Source: Enterobacter sp. SA187 (GTDB lineage Bacteria; Pseudomonadota; Gammaproteobacteria; Enterobacterales; Enterobacteriaceae). From it: a stretch of DNA of 24,000 nucleotides. The notes under the pieces were generated by a model. It made no database searches. It was not told the DNA's origin and saw only the letters and a program-made list of their open reading frames with translations. The DNA is taken from the NCBI RefSeq assembly GCF_001888805.2, contig NZ_CP019113.1, forward strand, positions 1,381,972 to 1,405,971, read 5' to 3'. Position numbers and translations under genes: made by a program. Within the stretch, counting starts at the first letter, position 1; every line of letters begins with the position of its first letter. This document shows positions 1 through 8,016 of the stretch, piece by piece.

Positions 1-266
1 TGGATATCGCGCCGGAACAGTATCAGAAGCTGCGTCAGGATTTCCTGAACAGCCTGACGCTGGAAATGCTGAATCAGGATCTGCGCCAGCAGTTATCACA
101 GGAAATGGCATTGATACTGCTGCAACCTAAGGGTGAGCAGGAGGTCAATATGAAGGATTTGCAGGCCACCTGGGAAAACATTATGTCTCCCGCCACCCAT
201 GCGCCTGTCCCGGTGAATGACGATACGCATCAGGACGTGTCGGATATTCCGCCGGCCCAGCGTTAG
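1..266 (+). CDS. 3' end of an upstream gene (87 C-terminal codons, first full codon at nt 3, stop TAG 264-266). It may be the yhjJ-like M16-peptidase-family homologue, judged by position only.
   Basis: The frame is open from the window edge into the listed ORF 66..266. It ends just before a strong hairpin terminator. It is convergent with kdgK, as yhjJ is in E. coli K-12 as I recall that gene order. No motif was recognised in the fragment itself. Confidence 0.45.
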   Translation, partial: DIAPEQYQKLRQDFLNSLTLEMLNQDLRQQLSQEMALILLQPKGEQEVNMKDLQATWENIMSPATHAPVPVNDDTHQDVSDIPPAQR

Positions 267-272
267 AAATAA

Positions 273-306
273 CCCTCTCCCCAGGGGAGAGGGGATTTAT
301 TTTTAC
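273..306. terminator. Bidirectional rho-independent terminator between the convergent upstream gene and kdgK
   Basis: CCCTCTCCCC (273-282) pairs perfectly with GGGGAGAGGG (284-293). It is followed by GATTTATTTTT on the + strand and by a U-rich tract (UUAUUUCU) on the - strand. Confidence 0.8.
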
Positions 307-1232
307 TGCGGCATCGCCTCGCGCGGAATAATCGCGCCGCGATACTGGATCACCGTACTGGCCGTCAGATGCCCGCGTCTGGCGGCAGCTTCCGCATCGC
401 CGCCCGTCAGACGCACCGCCAGATAGCCTGCGCTGAACGAATCGCCCGCCGCGGTGGTATCAATCACTTTCTCTTTTGGCAGTTTCACCGCCGGTACATC
501 AATCACCGCTTCTCCGGCGACCGACACCAGGCAGGACTCTGCACCTCGTTTCACCACCACTTCCGTCACACCCGCCGCATGGGTACGGGCGATGACGTCT
601 TCAACCGGCTGCTGTCCCCACAGGGCGTCTTCATCATCCAGCGTCAGGAAGGCGATGTCGGTGCACTCCAGCATCTGCTGGTACACCTGCTGCGTCTCTT
701 CTTTGCTGGCCCACAGGCGCGGACGATAGTTGTTATCGAAAATCACTTTACCGCCGTTGGCGCGGCATTCACGCAGCAACGACAGCAGTTTGTCACGGCT
801 GGCCGGGCTTAAGATGGCAAGGCTGATACCGCTCAGATACAGGTAATCAAAGGTTGCCAGCTCTTCGCAGATGGCGGCAGACTGTTCGCTTTCCAGCCAG
901 AATTTTGCCGCCGCTTCGTTACGCCAGTAATAGAAGGTGCGTTCGCCGGTGCTGTCGGTTTCGATGTAATAAAGACCCGGCAGGCGGTTTTCCATGCGCT
1001 GCGTCAGATCCGTATCCACCTTTTCACTCTGCCAGGCGTCCAGCATCTGCTGGCTGAAATTGTCCGTGCCGAGGGCGGTAACGTAGTGCACCGTCAGCGC
1101 TTCCGGAGCGACCTGGCGGGCGATATAAACCGAAGTATTTAAGGTATCGCCACCAAAGCCACGGTTAACTTCGGAGCCTTTTTGTGACAGTTCAATCATG
1201 CATTCGCCAATGACGGCAATTTTCCTGGACAT
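303..1232 (-). CDS. kdgK: 2-dehydro-3-deoxygluconokinase (PfkB/ribokinase family), 309 aa
   Basis: The protein from the internal Met (MSRKIAVIGECMIELS...) matches the remembered E. coli KdgK N-terminus (MSKKIAVIGECMIEL) and its 309 aa length. A C-terminal PfkB motif DTTAAGDSF is present. I trimmed 20 codons from the track ORF 303..1292. Confidence 0.9.
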   Translation of the reverse strand: MSRKIAVIGECMIELSQKGSEVNRGFGGDTLNTSVYIARQVAPEALTVHYVTALGTDNFSQQMLDAWQSEKVDTDLTQRMENRLPGLYYIETDSTGERTFYYWRNEAAAKFWLESEQSAAICEELATFDYLYLSGISLAILSPASRDKLLSLLRECRANGGKVIFDNNYRPRLWASKEETQQVYQQMLECTDIAFLTLDDEDALWGQQPVEDVIARTHAAGVTEVVVKRGAESCLVSVAGEAVIDVPAVKLPKEKVIDTTAAGDSFSAGYLAVRLTGGDAEAAARRGHLTASTVIQYRGAIIPREAMPQ

Positions 1233-1296
1233 AGTCGTAACCTGAATCGGAGTGATGGACAGTAGTTTGCGTTGCGGGTGTTTCATGGTCAATCAT

Positions 1297-1314
1297 ATTA
1301 AAACAACGTTCCAT
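1297..1314 (-). promoter_or_regulatory. Candidate KdgR operator upstream of kdgK
   Basis: The minus strand reads ATGGAACGTTGTTTTAAT. This resembles the AT-rich palindromic KdgR box (approx. ATGAAACAnTGTTTCAT) at most positions. It lies 65-82 nt upstream of the kdgK start. Confidence 0.5.
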
Positions 1315-1387
1315 AAATTTTTTGAGCTGGCGCGTATAACGTGCAGATTCTGCTGCCTGATTTTCCATATTGCCTTTTAAGTGAACA

Positions 1388-1414
1388 TAAAGTTCTGTCC
1401 CTCCCCGCCGATAA
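1388..1414 (+). promoter_or_regulatory. FliA (sigma28) class-3 flagellar promoter for pdeH
   Basis: TAAAGTTC (1388-1395), an 11 nt spacer, then GCCGATAA (1407-1414). The consensus is TAAAGTTT-N11-GCCGATAA, so 15 of 16 positions match. It lies ~55 nt upstream of the pdeH ATG. Confidence 0.85.
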
Positions 1415-1467
1415 CTCAAGGACGAGTTCCGACAGGCCACTCACTCAATCAACAGGACAGACTGATA

Positions 1468-2238
1468 ATGAAGTTAAAGCAGGTTATCCAGCGGCTAAAC
1501 ATTCCGGAGGCGAGCATTGAAAGCTTGCAGGAGCGACGGTACTGGTTGCAGTGCGAACGTGCTTATACTTATCAGCCGATCTACAAAACCGATGGCCATC
1601 TGATGGCGATTGAGGTCCTGACCATCGTCACGCATCCATCCGATCCCACACAACGCATTGCGCCCGATCGTTACTTCGCGGAAGTGGCGGTGCGTCAGCG
1701 TGTTGACGTGGTGGAGGAGCAGATCACGCTGCTCGCCCGTCAGCATGATTTTTTTATGCGGCACGGCATTCTGGCATCGGTGAACGTCGACGGGCCGACG
1801 CTGCTGGCGATGCGCCAGCATGAATCGTTGATCGATCTGATTAACACGCTGCCGTGGCTGCGTTTCGAGCTGGTGGAGCATATCCGCCTGCCGGATGACG
1901 TCTCCTTTGCGGCAATCTGTGAGATTTGCCCGCTGTGGCTGGATGATTTCGGCACCGGCATGGCCAACTTCTCGGCGCTGAGCGAAGTGCGTTACGACTA
2001 CATTAAAGTCGCCCGCGATCTGTTCATCATGCTGCGTCAGACCCCGGAAGGCCGCAATCTGTTCACGCAGTTGCTGCAACTGATGAACCACTATTGTCAG
2101 GGCGTGATCGTGGAAGGTATTGAAACGCTGGAAGAGTGGCGCGACGTACAGGCCTCCCCTGCGGCAGCGGCGCAGGGCTATTTCCTCTCCCGTCCGGTTC
2201 CACTGGAAAATCTGCATCGTGTGATCCTGGCCCTGTGA
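1468..2238 (+). CDS. pdeH: c-di-GMP phosphodiesterase, stand-alone EAL domain, 256 aa
   Basis: MKLKQVIQRLNIPEASIESLQERRYWLQCERAYTYQPIY... is collinear with the remembered E. coli YhjH/PdeH (255 aa). EAL-domain signatures are present (EVL variant of the EAL motif, DDFGTG, EGIET). The start is taken at ATG 1468 rather than the GTG at 1381, which would overlap the sigma28 promoter. Confidence 0.9.
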   Translation: MKLKQVIQRLNIPEASIESLQERRYWLQCERAYTYQPIYKTDGHLMAIEVLTIVTHPSDPTQRIAPDRYFAEVAVRQRVDVVEEQITLLARQHDFFMRHGILASVNVDGPTLLAMRQHESLIDLINTLPWLRFELVEHIRLPDDVSFAAICEICPLWLDDFGTGMANFSALSEVRYDYIKVARDLFIMLRQTPEGRNLFTQLLQLMNHYCQGVIVEGIETLEEWRDVQASPAAAAQGYFLSRPVPLENLHRVILAL

Positions 2239-2338
2239 TGCTGGCGGTAATATCCCGCTGATTACGCAGTCATTCTGCCCTTTTTGTCAGCCTCAGCTAT
2301 CTTTAAAAGAGGCAGGAAAAGACAGGAAGGAAGCAGGA

Positions 2339-4399
2339 ATGACTAAAACAGGCAAAATTATAACCGCCGTCATTGGAACCCTCGTATTGTTGATCGTCAT
2401 TGCGATCATCGTCATTGCGACATTTGACTGGAACCGGCTCAAGCCCACCATTAACGAAAAAGTCTCAACCGAGCTGAACCGTCCCTTTGCCATTCGCGGC
2501 GATCTTGGCGTGGTGTGGGAGCGCCAGAAACAGGAAACCGGCTGGCGCAGCTGGATCCCCTGGCCGCATGTGCACGCGGAAGACGTGGTACTCGGCAACC
2601 CTCCTGATATTCCTGCTGTCACCATGGTGCATTTGCCGCGCGTTGAAGCGACGCTCGCGCCGCTGGCGCTGCTCACCAAGACCGTTTACCTGCCGTGGAT
2701 CAAATTCCAGCAGCCGGACGCGAGGCTGATCCGCCTTTCGGAAAAAAACAATAACTGGACCTTCAATCTTGCCAGCGACGACAAGCCAAAAGATGAAAAC
2801 GCGCAGCCATCGTCGTGGTCATTCCAGCTGGACAACATTCTTTTCGATCGTGGCCGCATTGATATTGACGATAAGGTCAGCCGCGCGGACATTGAGATCC
2901 TTGTCGATCCGCTGGGCAAACCGCTGCCTTTCAGTGAAGTCACCGGATCGGATAAAGACAAAAACGCCAAAGTCGGCGACTACGTGTTCGGCCTGAAGGC
3001 CAAAGGACGCTACAACGGACAGCCGCTGACCGGCAGCGGTAAGATCGGCGGTATGCTGGCGCTGAAAAGCGAAGGCACGCCGTTCCCGGTGCAGGCGGAT
3101 TTCCGTTCCGGCAATACCCGCGTGGCTTTTGTCGGTACGGTGAGCGATCCGATGAAAATGGGCGGCGTCGATCTGAAACTGAAATTCGCCGGGGATTCCC
3201 TGGGCGAGCTGTACGATCTCACCGGCGTCCTGCTGCCGGACACCCCGCCGTTTGAAACCGACGGCCGTCTGGTGGCAAAAATCGACGCTGAAAAAACCTC
3301 GGTTTACGATTATCGCAACTTTAATGGTCGCATCGGCGACAGCGACATTCACGGCTCGCTGACTTACACCACCGGCAAACCGCGTCCGAAACTGGAAGGC
3401 GATCTGGAATCCCGCCAGCTGCGTCTGGCGGATCTGGGGCCGCTGATCGGGGTTGATACCGGTAAAGGCGCAGAGCAGTCAAAACGCTCGGAAGAGAAAA
3501 AAGGCGAGAAAACTAACCAGCCGGCGGGCAAAGTGCTGCCCTATGACCGCTTCGAAACCGACAAGTGGGACGTGATGGACGCCGATGTGCGCTTCAAAGG
3601 GCGTCGCATTGAGCACGGCAGTTCGCTGCCATTGAGCGATCTTTCCACGCATATCATCCTTAAAAACGCCGATCTGCGTTTGCAGCCGCTGAAGTTCGGC
3701 ATGGCGGGCGGCACCATCAATTCCAATATCCACCTGGAAGGCGATAAAAAGCCGATGCAGGGGCGGGCGGATATTCAGGCGCGTCGTCTGAAGCTGAAAG
3801 AGCTGATGCCGGATGTGGAGCTGATGCAGAAAACCATTGGCGAGATGAACGGCGACGCGGAATTCCGCGGCACCGGCAACTCCATCGCCGCGCTGCTCGG
3901 CACCAGCAACGGTAATCTCAAGCTGCTGATGAACGACGGCGTCATCAGCCGTAACCTGATGGAAATTCTCGGGCTGAACGTCGGTAACTTTATTGTCGGG
4001 CAGATCTTTGGCGACGACGAAGTGCGGGTGAACTGTGCGGCGGCGAACATGGATCTGGTTAACGGCGTGGCGCGCCCGAGTATTTTCGCCTTCGATACGG
4101 AAAACGCCATTATCAACGTTACCGGCACCGCCAGCATGGCGTCTGAACAGCTGGATCTGACCATCAATCCGGAAAGTAAGGGCATACGTATCGTCACGCT
4201 GCGATCGCCGCTGTACGTGCGCGGCTCGTTCAAAGATCCGCAGGCGGGCGTGAAGGCTGGTCCGCTGATCGCCCGTGGTGCGGTCGCCGCCGCGCTGGCC
4301 ACGCTGGTGACGCCAGCCGCTGCGCTGCTGGCGCTGATCTCCCCGTCGGAAGGTCAGGAAAACCAGTGCAGTAATATTCTTTCGCAGATGAAACGCTAA
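2339..4399 (+). CDS. yhjG: AsmA-family envelope protein, 686 aa, N-terminal transmembrane anchor
   Basis: It has the same length as E. coli YhjG (686 aa) and the same position next to pdeH. It has an N-terminal hydrophobic helix (IITAVIGTLVLLIVIAIIVIATF) followed by a long beta-rich soluble region. The purine-rich SD region ends in GCAGGA just before the ATG. Confidence 0.85.
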   Translation: MTKTGKIITAVIGTLVLLIVIAIIVIATFDWNRLKPTINEKVSTELNRPFAIRGDLGVVWERQKQETGWRSWIPWPHVHAEDVVLGNPPDIPAVTMVHLPRVEATLAPLALLTKTVYLPWIKFQQPDARLIRLSEKNNNWTFNLASDDKPKDENAQPSSWSFQLDNILFDRGRIDIDDKVSRADIEILVDPLGKPLPFSEVTGSDKDKNAKVGDYVFGLKAKGRYNGQPLTGSGKIGGMLALKSEGTPFPVQADFRSGNTRVAFVGTVSDPMKMGGVDLKLKFAGDSLGELYDLTGVLLPDTPPFETDGRLVAKIDAEKTSVYDYRNFNGRIGDSDIHGSLTYTTGKPRPKLEGDLESRQLRLADLGPLIGVDTGKGAEQSKRSEEKKGEKTNQPAGKVLPYDRFETDKWDVMDADVRFKGRRIEHGSSLPLSDLSTHIILKNADLRLQPLKFGMAGGTINSNIHLEGDKKPMQGRADIQARRLKLKELMPDVELMQKTIGEMNGDAEFRGTGNSIAALLGTSNGNLKLLMNDGVISRNLMEILGLNVGNFIVGQIFGDDEVRVNCAAANMDLVNGVARPSIFAFDTENAIINVTGTASMASEQLDLTINPESKGIRIVTLRSPLYVRGSFKDPQAGVKAGPLIARGAVAAALATLVTPAAALLALISPSEGQENQCSNILSQMKR

Positions 4400-4405
4400 G
4401 AAAGT

Positions 4406-4434
4406 CCCCTTTCCCGCCAGGGGAAGGGGTTATT
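4406..4434. terminator. Hairpin terminator between convergent yhjG and the DeoR-family gene
   Basis: CCCCTTTCCC (4406-4415) pairs with GGGGAAGGGG (4420-4429) around loop GCCA, giving a 10 bp stem with one wobble. TTATT follows on the + strand. The DeoR-gene stop codon (4430-4432) abuts the stem. Confidence 0.7.
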
Positions 4435-5188
4435 CGCGGCACAGCCATTGCGTTGCGCCCTGAGTAATGAGCGCCGATTGCCGCGGCGTCGGCGGTCGGT
4501 CGCTGACCACAAAATCGAAGTCTGACAGGGTGCCGTTCTGGCAGACGGCGGTGCGGCCAAACTTACTGCTGTCCACCACCAGCACGGTTAACGCCGCGCT
4601 CGCCACCAGCGCATGACGCGCGGCCACCTCATCATCGTTAAAATCGAACAGCTCCCCCGCGTCACTGAGTCCGCCAACGGATACCACGCCCATATCCACC
4701 CGGTAGCGGCTAAAAAAGGCCAGCGCATCGCCGCCAATCACATCTAAATCACGCTTACGAATTCGCCCCCCGGCAATTGTCAGCGCGCACTGTTCCCGCT
4801 GACTGAGCGGCAACGCGGCGTGCAGATTATTGGTGAACACCGCCAGACGGGAATCAGCGGGCAGCGCATGGGCCACCATTTCCACCGTTGTGCCGGTGCC
4901 AAGAAAACAGCTTTGCCAGCGGCTCAGCAGTTGCGCAGTGCGCTCGCCGATCCAGCGCTTACCGCTAATATTCACAATCTCCCGCTGCTGATAACCAATA
5001 TTTTCGCGCGCGAAAGGGGCGACCACACCGTGACGGCGCAGCAGCAAACCCTGCGAGGTGAGCGTGCGCAAATCGCTGCGTACCGTTTGCAGCGATACGC
5101 CAAAGTAGTGGGCCAGCTGTTCAATGCTGATTTCGCCGCGCCCGGTGACCAGTTCAACGATGGCAGTCCGGCGGATTTCTGGAGTCAT
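4430..5188 (-). CDS. DeoR-family transcriptional regulator (N-terminal wHTH plus C-terminal sugar-phosphate-binding DeoR-C domain), 252 aa
   Basis: The N-terminus has the typical DeoR HTH: RRTAIVELVTGRGEISIEQLAHYFGVSLQTVRSDLRTLTSQGLLLRRHGV. The start was moved to ATG 5188 because AAGGA lies 7 nt upstream. The longer track start (5218) has no SD. Confidence 0.85.
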   Translation of the reverse strand: MTPEIRRTAIVELVTGRGEISIEQLAHYFGVSLQTVRSDLRTLTSQGLLLRRHGVVAPFARENIGYQQREIVNISGKRWIGERTAQLLSRWQSCFLGTGTTVEMVAHALPADSRLAVFTNNLHAALPLSQREQCALTIAGGRIRKRDLDVIGGDALAFFSRYRVDMGVVSVGGLSDAGELFDFNDDEVAARHALVASAALTVLVVDSSKFGRTAVCQNGTLSDFDFVVSDRPPTPRQSALITQGATQWLCRE

Positions 5189-5230
5189 CTCACTTTCCTT
5201 CAATACGATTTCCCACAAGGTTACCGCGCC

Positions 5231-5244
5231 AATATGAAAATATT
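5231..5244. promoter_or_regulatory. Small palindrome AATAT-GAAA-ATATT in the divergent regulator/transporter intergenic region; possible operator overlapping a weak -10 (TATGAA 5233-5238, with TTCCCA 5210-5215 at 17 nt spacing)
   Basis: The inverted repeat was read directly. The promoter hexamers each match consensus at only 4 of 6 positions. No experimental or comparative support is available. Confidence 0.25.
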
Positions 5245-5322
5245 ACTACGAAAGGAGATGGTCATATTTTTGTCAGATTGGCCTGTTTTAATCATCACAA
5301 CGAAAACCGAGGGGAAACGGAA

Positions 5323-6300
5323 ATGAGTAAAAAATTAGCGCTGGCGGCCGTTGTACTGGCAACACTGAGCGGACAGGCACTGGCAAAAAGCACGCTCACG
5401 CTCTACACCAGCCAGCCGAGTGAAGACGCGCAAATGACGGTCAATGCGTTTGAGAAAGCGCACCCGGATATTGAAGTGAAATGGATCCGCGACGGAACCA
5501 CCAAACTGACCGCGCGCTTACAGGCGGAGATGGCGGCAGGCGGCGACGCGCCGGATGTGCTGCTCATCGCTGACAGTGTAACCATGGAATCCCTAAAGCA
5601 GCAGGATTTGCTGGCGGCCTATCACTCCCCGGAAGCCAGTCGCTATGACGCGCAGCTGTATGATAAAGCGGGCTTTTACTACGGCACCAAACTCATCACT
5701 ACCGGCATCGCTTATCACACCAAAGCGCCAGTCAAACCCTCATCCTGGCAGGATCTGCTGAAGCCGGAGCTGAAAAATATGACCACGCTGCCCAGCCCGC
5801 TTTACTCCGGCGCGGCGCAAATCCATATGGCCGCATTGATGAACACCCCGCAGCTGGGCTGGGCCTATTACGAAAAACTGAAAGCCAACGGCGCGATGCC
5901 GCAGAGCGGTAACGGGGCGGTGATGAGCGCCATCACCTCCGGCAACAAAGCCTACGGCGTGCTGGTGGATTACATGGCGATCCGCGAGAAAGCAAAAGGC
6001 GCGCCTATTGATTTCGTCTTCCCGTCGGAAGGCGTCAGCATGGTCACCGAGCCGGTGGCGGTGATGAAGAGCGCCAAAAATCCGCAGGCGGCGCACGCCT
6101 TTATTGATTTCGTTCTCTCCGACGCGGGGCAGCGACTGGTGCTGCAACAGGGCTATCTGCCTGCGGACGCCCGCCTGCCGGTACCCGCCGGTTTCCCGCC
6201 GCGCGACAGCATCAAACTGATGCCGTTCGATGCCGCCAGAGCGCTGGCCGACGCGGAGCCGAACAAAAAACGCTTCAGCGATCTGTTTGGCAGCAAATAA
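5323..6300 (+). CDS. Periplasmic substrate-binding protein of an Fbp/Afu/ThiB-type (PBP2, 'iron(III)-like') ABC importer, 325 aa, Sec signal peptide
   Basis: It starts MSKKLALAAVVLATLSGQALA|KSTL (signal peptide, AXA cleavage site, no lipobox Cys). GAGGGGA SD lies upstream. Length and overall composition are typical of the ferric/sugar-phosphate/thiamine SBP cluster. It is followed 3 nt later by the permease. The ligand cannot be assigned from sequence. Confidence 0.8.
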   Translation: MSKKLALAAVVLATLSGQALAKSTLTLYTSQPSEDAQMTVNAFEKAHPDIEVKWIRDGTTKLTARLQAEMAAGGDAPDVLLIADSVTMESLKQQDLLAAYHSPEASRYDAQLYDKAGFYYGTKLITTGIAYHTKAPVKPSSWQDLLKPELKNMTTLPSPLYSGAAQIHMAALMNTPQLGWAYYEKLKANGAMPQSGNGAVMSAITSGNKAYGVLVDYMAIREKAKGAPIDFVFPSEGVSMVTEPVAVMKSAKNPQAAHAFIDFVLSDAGQRLVLQQGYLPADARLPVPAGFPPRDSIKLMPFDAARALADAEPNKKRFSDLFGSK

Positions 6301-6303
6301 CCG

Positions 6304-8016
6304 ATGAGCATCATGACCCTTCGTCAACCGACCAGCAGCGGCCCGCCGAAAGGGCTGCTGTGGTTATTGCTGTGCATTGTGGCGCTGCTGAGCCTGTTGC
6401 CCAGCCTGCGTCTGTTAATGGCCGCGCTGCTGGACTGGCAGCAGGGCAGCAACAGCAGTTTAGGCCGCGTGCTGAGCAATCCATCGACCTGGACGGCGCT
6501 CTATAACAGCCTCTATACCAGCGGGCTTGGCACGCTGTTGTCGTTGCTGCTGGGCAGTCTGTTCGCCTTTTGTCTGGCGCTGACCAACATCCGCCTGAAA
6601 CAGATGTGGGTGTTCCTGTTTATGCTGCCGATGATGATCCCGCCGCAGGTGACGGCGCTCAGCTGGCTGCAACTCTTTGGCCCCGGCAGCATTCTGCTGA
6701 ACAGCATTGGCCTTGCGCCGTCGTTCGGCAGCCCGAATCCGCTCTATTCCGCCGAAGGTATCGCCCTGCTGCTGGGGATCCAGCATGCGCCTCTGGTCTT
6801 TCTGGCGCTGCGCACCCAGTTGCAGTGTCTGCCCAAAGAGCAGATCGAGGCCGCACGGCTGAACGGCGCGTCGCTGTGGCGCGTGTTCGTCGATATTGTG
6901 CTACCGCTGTGCCGCACCGCGCTGTGGGCGGGGGCGGCGATTGCCTTTGTTTCCGCGCTCGGCAACTTCGGCATTCCGGCGATGCTCGGTATTCCCATCT
7001 CGTATTTCGTACTGCCGATCCAGATTTACCAGACGCTCTCCAGCTTCGGCCCGTCAATGCTCAGTGACGTGGCGGCGCTGTCGGTGCTGATGGGCGTGCT
7101 GGCGATTGGCATTGTGTCCTTACAGGGCGTGATGCAGCGACGCCACGCGCTGCCGTTGATCGGCATGGCGGGGCGGTCGCTGGATTTCCAGCTGGGTAAA
7201 TGGCGGCTGGCGACGGAATCGCTGCTGGCGGTGGTGCTGTTCGCCATTTTGCTGCTGCCGCTGCTGGCGCTGATCGCCACCTCACTGGTGCCGACTCTCG
7301 GCGTACCGCTCAATAGCCAAACCCTGACGTTCGCCGCCTGGCATGCGATGTTCGATAACCAGAGCGCCACCTGGCGCGCGCTCACCAACAGTATGGTGCT
7401 GTCGGTTTCCGCCGCGCTGCTGCTGATGCTGATCGCCCTGCCGCTGGCCTGGCTGCTGGTGCGCTACGCCAGTCGCCCGCTGCGCTGGCTGCAAAACGCC
7501 ATCGATATTCCCTACACCCTGCCGGGCGTGGTGCTGGCGATCGCCATTATCCTGCTGTTCTCGCGCCCGCTGCCGCTGCTTAACGTCAGCCTCAGCGGTA
7601 CGCTGATGATCATCTTCATCGCCTATCTGGCGCGCTTTCTCACCGTCTGCCTGAAACCGGTGCATAACAGCATGCTGCAACTGGATCCGGCGATGGAGGA
7701 GGCCGCCAGCCTCGCCGGCGCGAATTTTTCCCAGCGTCTGCGCCATATTGTGCTGCCGTTGCTGGCCCCGGCCGCCTTTGCCGGCGCGCTGCTGGTCTTT
7801 CTCACCGCCGTGAATGAACTCACCGTTTCGGCGCTGCTGTGGAGCGCAGGCAAGGAGACCATCGGCGTGGTGATTTTCAACCTCGATGAGAGCGGCAATA
7901 AAGTGCTGGCGTCGGCGGTGTCGGTGCTGGTGGTGGCGCTGGTGACCTGTGTGATGTTGTTATTAAGCGGCCTGGGTCGCTATCTTCCCAAAGGAGTTAT
8001 CCCGTGGCAGAACTGA
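6304..8016 (+). CDS. ABC importer permease, fused double MetI-like domain (~12 TM), 570 aa
   Basis: It is highly hydrophobic. Two EAA-loop motifs are present (EQIEAARLNGASLWRVFVDIVLPL and AMEEAASLAGANFSQRLRHIVLPLL), as in the FbpB/AfuB/ThiP-type duplicated permeases. Confidence 0.85.
   Translation: MSIMTLRQPTSSGPPKGLLWLLLCIVALLSLLPSLRLLMAALLDWQQGSNSSLGRVLSNPSTWTALYNSLYTSGLGTLLSLLLGSLFAFCLALTNIRLKQMWVFLFMLPMMIPPQVTALSWLQLFGPGSILLNSIGLAPSFGSPNPLYSAEGIALLLGIQHAPLVFLALRTQLQCLPKEQIEAARLNGASLWRVFVDIVLPLCRTALWAGAAIAFVSALGNFGIPAMLGIPISYFVLPIQIYQTLSSFGPSMLSDVAALSVLMGVLAIGIVSLQGVMQRRHALPLIGMAGRSLDFQLGKWRLATESLLAVVLFAILLLPLLALIATSLVPTLGVPLNSQTLTFAAWHAMFDNQSATWRALTNSMVLSVSAALLLMLIALPLAWLLVRYASRPLRWLQNAIDIPYTLPGVVLAIAIILLFSRPLPLLNVSLSGTLMIIFIAYLARFLTVCLKPVHNSMLQLDPAMEEAASLAGANFSQRLRHIVLPLLAPAAFAGALLVFLTAVNELTVSALLWSAGKETIGVVIFNLDESGNKVLASAVSVLVVALVTCVMLLLSGLGRYLPKGVIPWQN

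Noticed and set aside
217-426. A 69-aa + strand ORF spanning the yhjJ-like/kdgK terminator.
   Set aside because: It crosses a strong hairpin terminator and then runs antisense into kdgK. It has no SD and is an artefact of the open frame.
5234-5326. A possible 30-codon upstream ORF (MKILLRKEMVIFLSDWPVLIITTKTEGKRK) whose TGA overlaps the SBP start codon (ATGA). It has an internal ATG at 5258 right after AAAGGAG.
   Set aside because: The AGGAG abuts ATG 5258 with zero spacing, and ATG 5234 has no SD. Only ~45 bp would remain for a promoter before the divergent regulator gene. The ATGA overlap could be coincidental. It is worth a look in ribosome-profiling data, but sequence alone does not support it.
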